From Minutocellus sp. GHC0000111 (taxonomy: Eukaryota), in NCBI GenBank assembly GCA_977018835.1, contig OZ361259.1, positions 3,038,001 through 3,102,000 of the forward strand: a DNA stretch of 64,000 nt, written 5' to 3'. Made by a program: the position numbers and the translations under genes. The notes below the pieces were generated by a model that saw nothing but the letters and a program-made list of their open reading frames with translations, did not search any database and had not been told where the DNA came from. Of this stretch, positions 32,480 to 43,586 are shown piece by piece; within the stretch, counting starts at the first letter, position 1; each line of letters opens with the position of its first letter.

Positions 32480-34867
32480 TTACTTCTTCATCCGTCGCTC
32501 TAGCTGCTTCTTTTCGTCATCGTCAATCCAACGCTGAGATAGCGTCGAGGTGGCGGGCCAAGGTCGGCCACCGACCTCTTCGACGGGAGTATTGTTTTCC
32601 CTGGCAATAATGGCCTTCACTCGACATTCACAATTAAAATTTTCTTTATCGCCTTGACAATGTCCCATGCCCGCACGGGTGCGCTTGCGAATGGCTTGTG
32701 TGCTATCGATGGGCAGACTTCGGCGGATGGCCCGGACCACCTCAGCTTCGGTCACCTTCTCACACTTGCACACAACATTACTTTCCATCCTCTTTTCATA
32801 GTTGACATCGGACGCACCATGAGAATCATTTTTCCCCAGCGCTCCCATCTTCAAGCCGCGCATGCCATTCTTTGGTGTGATGATTGGGGCTCTGTTTGGG
32901 TTGAATGAGGGGTCCTTCATGAAGGAAAGACCGGCATTCTGGAGAAGTCGAACGACTTCCAATGCAATGGCAGGTGACCCCGCCATACCCGGCGAGTCAA
33001 TGCCAGCGGCATGGATGAAGGAAGGGTCTGCCTCAGACTGCTCTATGATCCAGTCACCGCGACTCGATTTGGCACGCGCGCCACAAAAGGCGTGGATAGT
33101 CTCCTTCGGATCGAAATAAGGAACAAGTGCCTTGCATTTGGATAGGATATACTCCTGGACACTGGCATCGTCCATGTCCCGAGCCTCTGGTTTGTAGGTG
33201 TCTCGTGCGGTAGGGCCAAGGATGAGATTTCCCCAGAGAGTTGTTTGGACTACGATGTAACGGCAAGATAATTCATAGACGAAAATAGAACAAGTTGCAC
33301 AACAAATTAGTCATCATTGGAAAATTGCGCCTGAGAATATTGAGTAGGCATACACACCCAACAGAACAAGAAGATACGTCGATAACTCACCAAGTACGCC
33401 CTTTCCTAGCACTGGATCTGGACAGGGAAACAATGTATGCGTAGTAAGATGACCCTGATTTCGATTGAGAAGTAGATAGTCTCCAAGTCGAGGCAAGATG
33501 GTGAAGCTGTTATCCCCAATCATACGGGCAATTTTAGCAGAGGCCCCGCCGGCGGCATTGACAACGTAGCGTGCCGTCACTGTCTCTTCTTCAACAGTCT
33601 CTCCATTTACTGCGTGCATCCATCCCGAGCCGCCGTAGAACATATCTTCGACTTCTACCTTGGATCCTCCACTACCGATGGGGGGAGATGCTCGCTTGGC
33701 AACCTGCTCGGCGGCTTCATTGATTGAAACCACCTTTGGTTTCGATGTTAGATATTGCAGGAATGTGATGAATGCACTGCCCATGAGCATGAGCGAGGCA
33801 ATCAATGCCTGCTTCCTGGCAGCATCGTCAAGATTATCGTCCAACGCCATGTAAACTCCCATTCCGGAAAAGACCGTCGACGATGCCAACAAGCACGCCA
33901 TGATGATGGGCTTCAGTGGACCTCCCTTGGCCTTTTGCGAATCGATGTAGGACTTGGGTTCCCAATGTCGAACTTTGATTTCGAAGGACGTTCTGCCATC
34001 TCCGTTCGGCGGAGTTTTGGTAATGTCGGTGACCTGGCGACGAGTGCGAAATTCCACGCCGTTATCCGCTGCATTTTCACATAAGGCAATCGCAAATTCA
34101 TAGGGAATGACATTTCCCGCGCTCGGAGAATGGAGCGCAGCCACCGCATTTGGGCTGACGGCTGGTTCCAGTTCCCGCAATTCCTTCTGATTGATGATGC
34201 GCAAATGCTTCACTCCGTTGGTTTCGCCTCTCTTTTTGAGATCCTCCAGAATCTTGATTTCGTCCTCATTCACCGCAAGCACCAACGATCCATTCTTTTG
34301 GTACCCAAATCGTAGCTCTTTATCAAGCTGGGAGAACATTTGATTGCCTGGCCAACAAAATTTGGCATGAAGTGAGCCCGGCTTATCATCGTAGCCACTA
34401 TGGACGATGCCCTGTATGTAAAAAATGCAATGGGTGTAATGGGTGTAAAATTGAGTAATATAACGCTAGCTGAGCACCACACAACTCTGATCAGTAGGAT
34501 CTTGACTTACCGAGTTTCCCTTCGTCGCGCCTTGACTAACGTCATCGGCGGCTTCCAACACCAGAACTGAAAGCTGGTACTTCGACACCTCTCTGGCGAT
34601 GGCGCCGCCGATACATCCGGCTCCGACAACCACGACATCGTACTCCTTGCCTTTCCCGTCCTTACTGCCATCGTGCCTCGTTTTGCTCCGAGGGCAGGGG
34701 TTCGACGGTGAGTTGTTGGGGCAGCCGGAGCACTTGCTGGGATCGGGATGGAACGTGCCATCGCAATCTTCAATGTCGACCCAGTCTCCACCGTAGTACA
34801 CACCCTTAACTCCATGCTGCCTTGGATGGCGGACGGGGGGCGCCTTCAGTTCACCGTTTGTTGCCAT
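32480..34867 (-). CDS. FAD-dependent oxidoreductase, GlpA/L-2-hydroxyglutarate oxidase-like, with BFD-like [2Fe-2S] domain; introns 34412-34510 and 33250-33390
   Basis: [70 protein letters not shown] and [11 protein letters not shown]. Both GT-AG introns restore conserved motifs. Confidence 0.9.
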
Positions 34868-36455
34868 GGTAAACAGGATAGGAAGATTCGTTTCAACAAT
34901 CGCTCTCGTATCGATTTTTGACACCATCGCCTCGCATCGCGTCATCACCAGGTTTGGCAACACCCCGAAACAGACAAGGGAGGTCGAGAACAGTCCAGAA
35001 GTCGTGTGACAGACAGACCATCGCATTCGATCCAATCATTTTTCAAGGGCAAGATGAGCACCTGAAAGATAGGTTGGCCGAGGGCATGGGCACCACGGTG
35101 GGGGCCTGACATATCAGTATCAACTCACTGGTGATGTGATCGCTTGCCCCCCCCCGATTTTGTGGCCAACGCAGCAATGGTAAGAATGCACATACATAAT
35201 AACCCATTCGAGAGATGGCCACCCAATCAATGATCAAGTTTTTGTAGGCGGTGCAGATGAAGTTCAAAACAAATTCGCCGTTTACCTGGCTGAGCGGCGA
35301 GGGTACGACATACCCTCGTCGATGTTGAGAAAATTTGATAATTATCTGATGCATTTGCCGGGACTTTTTGATTGTTAATGGTCAGGCAACCATGTCGATG
35401 AGAGGTGATGGCTTTGTTTGCTTGCTTGTTTTGCCTGGTCTTTTCGATTGATGGAACATAATCAAATGAGCTCGGCCTGCGCGCGTGTCGCCTTCACAGT
35501 TACACGCATGTCAGCAGTGTCACTTGCATCCTGCGCTGAAGGGTAGGTCGTTTTGTATAAGATGATCAAAACCCAATCTCATGAGGTATAAGCGATAGCA
35601 GAAAGCTCAATAGCAGAAGGCGGGGCGTTGAGGGCTTGATCTGGCCTTCACGGGCTGATCGCTTTCCGCCTTTTCTTTGCGCCGGATCTACATTCCCACG
35701 CTTGGGCGAGCCCCCTGGGGCCATTACGCAACGGGCGATAACCGTAGAACGTACAATCCTTTTCGTTGAAACTGAGGAATTAGGAAAGATGGAGAGAGTG
35801 GGTTGGTTTTGAGACTGATTTATCAAACAACATTCACTCATGTATATCTTCCTCCATTCCACCATCAACTTCAAATACATAGGTGACAATCCCACGAGAC
35901 CCTTCCTTTCATCTATCTTGTTATTCGGAACATTGAATATATTCGTTGAACAGTGAGTACTTCGTCGAGAATGCAAAGTGAAAATCGACCTTTCGAGAAC
36001 GTCGTCCATGCCGTACCTTGAAGGTATCGCCATCCAGCCAGCCATGAGGAAGACAAACAACGATCGAGACGCATCCCGCGATGGTCGGCAATCACAATCA
36101 GTCTTTAAAGTTCTCCGAGCTCAAGCTTTGGCGATCGTGTCTATTTGAGCATACAATGCTCTAGAGAAACCTCCCCTTGCTCACATCTTGTCCGTCACTG
36201 ATACCATTTTCTCTCAATCGATTACAGGATGATACAGGCGAGAAGTACGTGCGTTGCTTTGGCGCCAAAGATGCGTGTAAATGTTGGGAAGGACCGACAC
36301 TTTAAATTACTGCTGGGTATGGAACTTAGTAGTAACCCAATATATAAATGGGTCGGTTTTCGCAACAGCTCCTTTCCTGATACATTCATTAATTTACACC
36401 ACCATAGTAAGTATGTACCAAATAAATATAGCTTTTGATTCTTTACAAACTACAT

Positions 36456-37181
36456 TTACTCAACAACCCGCTTGGACTTGTTGTACTTCTTGGAGAACTT
36501 TTGGTTTCGCAAGAACTTGGGGTCCATTCCTCGGGTGGAAACGTACTTGGTACGCTTCTTCTTCTTGATGCCGTTGGCGTGAGCCTTGTGCGTGTTGTTG
36601 TGCGCACAGGTGTTCTTTTGCTGTTGTGTTCCAAGGAGAAAAGCAGGGGAGGAAACAAAGAGGTGAGATGATATATTCATACACGATAAGCACACTTTCG
36701 TCAAGAGGTTTTGCCGTTGGTACGAATGCTTTTGCCAAGAGACGTTCCGCCGTTGCACCCAGCCCAAAAAGACAGCATTCATCCGATCTGCCAGCAGCAG
36801 GAGTCCGCCGCACGGAGGGCCGGGTGGAATCGGCCCTCATGCCACGAAGCCACGCTCGATGGACACGGCAAGGTCACCAACGCCACAACCGCAACCACCC
36901 GAACTGCTATCAAAGTTGAATACACCACATGATGGCGGCATCGTTGGTCTCAATACACCGCACGGCCGGACAACATCGCGCTGGGCCACCTGCCGACAAC
37001 GGACTCATAACCCAATGGCCGCACGGGGCCCAGTGCGGCAGACCCGACGTTGCCCATGGAGACGGCCACCTCATTCGCAGTCGCGGCGCGACACCAGTAG
37101 TAGCGCTCTCCACTTCACTCGCCACCCGCTTAACCACCACTCTACGGCCATCGTCGCCGCTCTTGGACGCACCTTGACCAT
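36456..37181 (-). CDS. RPL29: 60S ribosomal protein L29 (eL29); 9-nt first coding exon 37173-37181, intron 36621-37172
   Basis: MVK|QKNTCAHNNTHKAHANGIKKKKRTKYVSTRGMDPKFLRNQKFSKKYN; GTGCGT donor and ACAG acceptor. Confidence 0.9.
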
Positions 37182-38391
37182 CTTGACCGGTTGCTTCCCA
37201 AAACGAAGTGAGCTTAGGAGGGTGAAAAGGCCTTATCCACTACGGCCTCTCCAATTAGTGGTCAGAATGAAGTAAGCGGTAAACGGACTCGCTCGACTGG
37301 TTGTGCGAACGGAGGAAGCCCAGACCGCATGCATGCTCAAATGGCTCAAATCTCACACTCAGCCAGCAAACCAACCATGATGGCAAGGTCAAGGACCAGC
37401 CGCTCCAGACTTGGAGCGATTAGCAGCCGTGCATCACGTTAGGGGATAGACGATGCGCACGATACCTCCATATCTGATCGTAACGCAATTATTTGCGATG
37501 GATACGATTCCATGAATGTGAATGAGCCAGCATGCAGCTGACGGGGCTGGCGGACATTTCACGGTTGGGAGGGAGGGAGAGCATGTGCTAATTCGCCTCA
37601 ACCCATGTCGCCCCTTGCGAGCAGGGTCGATTGAAGTTTGCCATGGATCCTTCCGTTCGGTAAGTAATCATTCTTTGGAGTTTGGGAACAAGCACACCCC
37701 CTTGCACACGCGTAGGCTGGCCACGCGCGCGAGAGACTACGTCAAGAATGCCACCATTGAGCACTGGGTTCGGACTATCTAAGAAATGGTCGATAAGGCG
37801 AGCCACAAGCAGCAGCCTCTAAACTCTATACCAGGAGACGTATTATTTATCCGCAAACGCGTGCGAAGGATTCTGTGTGCTTGTTGTTTTGTTTGCCTGT
37901 TGTTTTGAAGCCGGCCACAATAGCAGAGCAGCAATATCTGCCCGTCTCGTCTCGTCTCTCTCCAAAGGATAAATGATGATTTCCTCAAATTGTTAGGAAG
38001 TGCCGTCTGATTGTATTGGTTGGGATGGTCGGTGGTCGGTTGTTTGGGGCGTAGGTTTCTTTCCTTTCGTCTGGAGGATGCTGAGCAAAAATCGCCAAAA
38101 TGGTGTGAGCTCTCATCCTCTGCCGTTTGGACGGGAGCCTTCGTCCCATCGATCGATTCGCCCCATCCTTGCAATCAATGCGAATACACCCTGATCATAA
38201 GCATGGAACCCTACTGACTATCCACATCACATGAACGGAAGAGACTGAGACCGAGATTGAAATTGAGATAGTATTATCTTACTACGCTGAGTGCTGCTTG
38301 TTTGAAAAAAGTTATTGCTCGTTCTGCACGAATCCGTCGATTCATCTCACTCACAACTCAAACCTGCTTACACCAACAACACTATACAGCC

Positions 38392-39524
38392 ATGGCGTCC
38401 GCCTTTCCTTCCGCTGCTCCAACCATGTCGCTAAGGCCTTCCGCCTTTCCAAGCGCTATCATCTCGCCTGGACCTTCCGCTCTGCCCAGCCTAGCTGTCT
38501 CTTCGAGGCCCAGTCCTGGCGCTGGGCCCTCGGTCTCTCCCAGCCTCGTCCCGTCGCTGTCGCAATGGCCGACGGCATCCCCTAGCCTCGCACCGTCAAC
38601 GTCGCCAAAACCGTCGGTGTTCCCTAGCCCAGACCCGTCTACGGCACCATCGGCATCGCCCACCGCCTATAATGTGGAATTCGATGTGCTCGGTAGCTCC
38701 GGGAAATTTGCCGTGTCTACTCGCCACACGGAGACGGTCTTACAGATCGACTCCCTGCATGAGATTGATGCCAACGGCGATCCAGTGGGCACGGCCACCT
38801 CTTCCAAACACTCCATTCAAACCATTGCCAGCCAGGAGTTTGCCCTTGGAACGTCGTACGAGGCTCCGTACGACACTACTGTTGGCGGCGTCGGCATCGG
38901 CCCGTCCGCATCGATTCTGCCCTTCACGTCGACCGTTTCCGGTGACATTGGTCAGATCGACCTCACGACCTTCATCTTCAAAGAGCCGGGCACGGTGGCC
39001 ACCGATGGCTCCGAGGAAGAGACGTTAGATGTCTTTACTGGGGATTTCAAGTGGAATATTGAACTTAGCAACTGGTCCTTCTGTGGTGTGGATGTCGAGT
39101 GCAAGCAAGGCCAGACTCAGCAACTTGGAGATGGTGTAGAAGTAACAATGGAAATGAAGGGTAGCGGCAGCGCCGTTGAGAGCAGCAACGGACGCAAGGT
39201 CGAGCTAGGAGGGGCATCGAAGTCTTTGTTTCCAAGATGCTGTACTGTGACAACGAGTGGATTCCAATGGAGTCCGGCTATCCGCTCTTCACAGTTCAGG
39301 GCTCGAAGCAGCTTATGACCGTCAAGGTCCCTCGATTCAACTCCTCCTGCACTTATGATCCGCTTTTCAATACCGGCGCTGTTCTCAAAGAGGAGGCAGC
39401 GGCTGACAATGACGAGGATGATGGCGACGACGACACCTCGGGAGCCCTCGAACTTTCCGGTCGCCTTGGCCCACACCACCTCATTGTTGCTCTTTTCGCC
39501 ACCCTGCTGTACCTCACTGCTTAA
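38392..39524 (+). CDS. Surface protein with PSxxPS repeats, SAARP/CARP4-like domain and hydrophobic (GPI-like) tail; frameshift in a G-run near 39211; an upstream exon may be missing
   Basis: PS repeats, then LGSSGKF, IDSLHEIDANG, KHSIQTIASQEF, FIFKEPGTV, FKWNIELSNWSFC and TYDP, an acidic linker, and the tail HLIVALFATLLYLTA. Confidence 0.7.
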
Positions 39525-39610
39525 AGTAACAAAGATATGCAGTCCATATTCTTATTTTGCATTTCGCTAGCTTATTTTGTTGTAAGGGTAATTGGAATCT
39601 ATATCATGTC

Positions 39611-40783
39611 TCAATGACAGCACCCTCCCTCAAAAAGAATCGAGACAGGCGAGTAGGCACTGCTACCGCTTACACCGCCTGCTATCATGGAAAAATATTC
39701 CATGGAGGATCGGGGAGACTGTTGCTGTACTTGTGGTGGTGGGGGCTGCTGATCAAAGTTGGTCGGAGATGTCTCCATGGGCGCACTCGCAGAAGAAGCG
39801 CTGTTCTTGGTTGCTTGTTCGGCTTCCTCGCTATGCGAGTACAGATGCCAAAGCCTATCACGAACTACGTACGTGTTCTCGGTGGCGAAATCAGTCTCGG
39901 TGGCCTGCTCGACGGACATGATGAAGGCTGAGCAGGCATGGTAGTCGATACAGTGAGTGTCGAAACCTTCGGATGCATTCATAATGGCAGCGAAGGCAAC
40001 AGTAGCAGGATGATCGATGCTAAGAGAATAGTCCAACATTGCCAGTTCACTGAAGAAATGAGCTCTTTGACGGATGATGTGACGGCCTCTCTCAGATACC
40101 TTGTCTGGTGGCATGAGGGCCATCATATGGTCAATGTAGCACTTGATGGTCGGTGGATGCAGACGATAGTCCAGCGTCTTGAGAAGAATTTCCTCCATTT
40201 CCTTTAGATTCGCTTCGTCGAACTCTCCCTTGCTGAGCAAGGCAAGGCTCTTCATGGTGATGTACTTGGTACTGAAAAGCTTGGTATCCAGATGAAGAGA
40301 TGTGATGGCGGCTAATTTGAAGGCCGAACGATCGCAGGAACATAGATTGAGGAACCTGTCCAGGTAGTTGAGAGAAATGGCCACAATCTCTCGGTCTCCG
40401 TCAAAGTGATCGATGATGCGATACGACCACAGGGCCATCTTTTCACGACACGCAATGTCGATGGACGAGGACGAGGTCTCTTCTTGATGTCGTTCCGATC
40501 TCCTGCGTCGAAGGATGTAATCGTTACATTTGTAGGTCGTATCGGCCTGCCTTCGCATGGCACGGAAGGAATCTTGCAACGAGTCAAAGTCAGATGGTAT
40601 CAGTGAAGATGCTGACATCGACGACGATACAGTTGATGCCGACGAAAGCGAAGCCGTCGATGGCGAGGAGCAGCAGGACGACGACGAAGATGATGCCGAC
40701 TCAGCTGTGTCAGTAGAGCAGTCGGGCCCACCAGTTGGCTTGTATCTCAAGGATAACATGGTGTCTGTTTTGTCTACTTTCAT
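39611..40783 (-). CDS. Cyclin (diatom-specific cyclin type)
   Basis: CREKMALWSYRIIDHFDGDREIVAISLNYLDRFL, FKLAAITSLHL and MEEILLKTLDYRLHPPT. Confidence 0.92.
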   Translation of the reverse strand: MKVDKTDTMLSLRYKPTGGPDCSTDTAESASSSSSSCCSSPSTASLSSASTVSSSMSASSLIPSDFDSLQDSFRAMRRQADTTYKCNDYILRRRRSERHQEETSSSSIDIACREKMALWSYRIIDHFDGDREIVAISLNYLDRFLNLCSCDRSAFKLAAITSLHLDTKLFSTKYITMKSLALLSKGEFDEANLKEMEEILLKTLDYRLHPPTIKCYIDHMMALMPPDKVSERGRHIIRQRAHFFSELAMLDYSLSIDHPATVAFAAIMNASEGFDTHCIDYHACSAFIMSVEQATETDFATENTYVVRDRLWHLYSHSEEAEQATKNSASSASAPMETSPTNFDQQPPPPQVQQQSPRSSMEYFSMIAGGVSGSSAYSPVSILFEGGCCH

Positions 40784-41095
40784 TTCCTGTCCTGGAAAGA
40801 ATGAGGTGTTTTGCGCAGAAGCTTTTCACACGATATCCGGCCTGTCCACAGCACCATCTGCCAGCCGGATGACTCGCATACTTTTGGTCGCACTTTCGGT
40901 GGCCGGCCGGCGCGCGAAGCAACCGACCGGCGCGCCCAACGCGAGCCACCATGGCGGCAAAAATTCAAATTGCCGCCGCTACGTGCAGAACGAAGGCGAT
41001 ATCTCGCGCTGGTGTGGGAGAATTACGGCACGAGACCAACCAGGTACTCCCGACATCCTGGTGATATTCCCGTTGGTCTCGATCCATAATTCTCC

Positions 41096-42679
41096 ATGAC
41101 AACGGCCGCAACCCCGCGGTCAACACCGCAGACAGAACATGTGCGGTGCAGGACGCCCTGCCTGGCTGAACTACTCGTCCGTCTTCGCAGAAAGGAACTT
41201 CATTACTACAATTTCATCGGCAACAACAACGACTCCTTGATGAATGTGTTGGGATGCAGTCCCATCATGTACGGCGCCGTCATGTGCACTGCGGGCATCT
41301 TGGGTTTGAAGATGAAGAAACACGAAGACTGCGATGTGTTTTTTGTGAGGACAGACAACCAGAATGGATGGGATGAAATGGTATCAAGACACTGCCTTGC
41401 CGACGACGTTCAGCGAACCCCATACAAAAAGAGCATATTTGTTCGCCTCGGTTCTATCAATCCTCGTGCAGCCGACGCTCTCCATGATGATGGATGGATG
41501 GCTTTCGACATGGTCACGGTCGAGCAACAATTTCGCCTCGAAACACCGCCGCCGCGGCTCAACTTGACGAAGGCATGCAATGCATTCCTCAAGTCGGTCG
41601 CACCACATGTATCGGTGGGATGTGCGGCGATGGACTACGAAATCAACAGGCAGATGTTGCTCGAGGCCCAGAAGTTCCCTGGTGGGCATGTAATGGCCAG
41701 GACGATGGGTGGGACAATGACGACGATGTTGGGACGGTGGGCACCCTGACCACGACGGAGGCCGGCGAGATCAGTGAGGACGATGACGACGAAGACGAGG
41801 ACTATGTGCCCTGTTATGAGGACGAAGCTGACATTGCAAGAGAGGACGCTACACACATGAAGCATGCATGCAGCAGTGCTTTGAGAAGAATCGTCAGAAG
41901 CACGGTGATGGCGAGCCAGAGATGGGGGAGCTGTCGATGATGCCGAGGATGACGATGCCCCTCACTTCCATTTCCTGAAAAAGGCCGGCATTGAGGCGGC
42001 CGACTCAGGTAAAACAAGGGCAGTGCTGGCAGAATGCTGGAGAGCTTTTTATCTGTTAATGTTTCTGATGGCAACAACAAGAAGAAACCAAGGACAATAG
42101 AGTTCATCCACCATAACACCTCCACCAAAGGAACTCTCCTACCTAGAGCACAATCGTGAGGAAGATGGCATGACGGATGACGACATCAAAGAGCTCTGCA
42201 AAGCTTGCTCTAATTTGCTCCACACTCTTGACGCAACACATTCCAGGTTTCTGAGATGGCACATGAAATGGGATGATGAGGCAAAGAAGGCTGTGAGAGA
42301 GCTTGAAGCATTGATTGCAAGTGCCCTCAAGCAAGCACGGGCAATCGGCATTAGCATGACGCCCAAGTGGCACTTACTCGAAGATCACATCTTGGACCAA
42401 CACATTTGGCTAGTGAAGAATGGATGGGGCGGCATCCATTGGCTCGACGAATCGTTTGTAGAGCGAGCCCACCAAGAGGGCGTTAAGGAAGATCGTCGGA
42501 CTCAGGGCGTCAAGGGACATGAGGCCCAACAGACGGCGCAGTTCAAGGCTGAGGAGAGGGCATCCAATCCAAAGGTCGAGGAGAGGCGGGGGAGCGAAAC
42601 TCTCGGGTGGCAAGAACAAGGAAAAGGACAAGGACCGAAGCTGTTAAAGCAGAAACTGATGACAAGCGCCAACAAATGA
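41096..42679 (+). mobile_element. Degenerate DNA-transposon remnant with a RAG/Transib/Chapaev-like transposase C-terminal motif
   Basis: MTPKWHLLEDH...GGIHWLDESFVERAHQEG (HxxxxH Zn ligands followed by the catalytic E motif) lies among fragmented ORFs. No TIRs identified. Confidence 0.55.
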
Positions 42680-43586
42680 TCATGATGGCCACCGATGGAG
42701 ATGAGGATGTAGAGATGGGAGCAGGGCATGTATAAAATTAGAAAATGAAATTACACTGCTACTGCACAACAACAAATGAGTTGTTGCACAGTCATCCAAC
42801 TTTTACAAACAGCATCGCGATTGAGCAAAAAAGTAAATAGTGCACCCAAACAAACACATCACGTCCTTCTTAACTCACCCATTTATCTCCCAGACCAAAA
42901 AGTCCCTTTGTCGGGTTGATTGTTGCATAAACTTATCCCAATGCTATCTGTCTCTCCTCGGGCGCAAAACTGTTGTCTCGGAATTCCGGGAGGTCGAGTG
43001 GGGATGCGATCGGTCGGGATCAGCGAGAGTCGGTCACACGGGGGGTGCGGCGCAATCCCGGCAGTTTATCATCAACAACAACGTGGGAAAGTACCAGAGG
43101 GTCTGGGGCATCACAACGGGAGCACGACGAGCACAAAGACGGAGCAATGGCACCACCCCAGAGAAACGAACGGCCGACAGATGATGATGGAGGAAAAGCA
43201 GGCCGATGGTTCGTGGCGTTGATACGCAGCGGAGGCCAATCTGAGGATACAGTAAGCTTCAACTATATCCAAACATGATAATGAATGCGTATTTGGTACG
43301 AAAATATAGTTACACGCCGGCGCAACGCCGACGGACCACCATGGTGTTGGACGGTCAAAGAATGGGTGACGAACGAGATTGGGTTTTGGTGGGTTTCTTC
43401 GTGACGTGTTCGTCTTCTGCCGAAAAACGCTTCATCCGACCGGCGACGACAAACGAGGGCTGTGTGCTGTGCCGCGATCTGGCGGAAAAGAGCCGCTAAA
43501 TGTCCCACGACCGTTGCTAAGATCGGACTTCACGACCACATGCTCGGCCTCTCGAGAAAGAATTCAATTGAGCAATAAGAGGAAAC

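Noticed and set aside
35278..35295. U1 snRNA-like TTACCTGGC
   Set aside because: It lacks the ATAC start, the U1 stem-loops and an Sm site.
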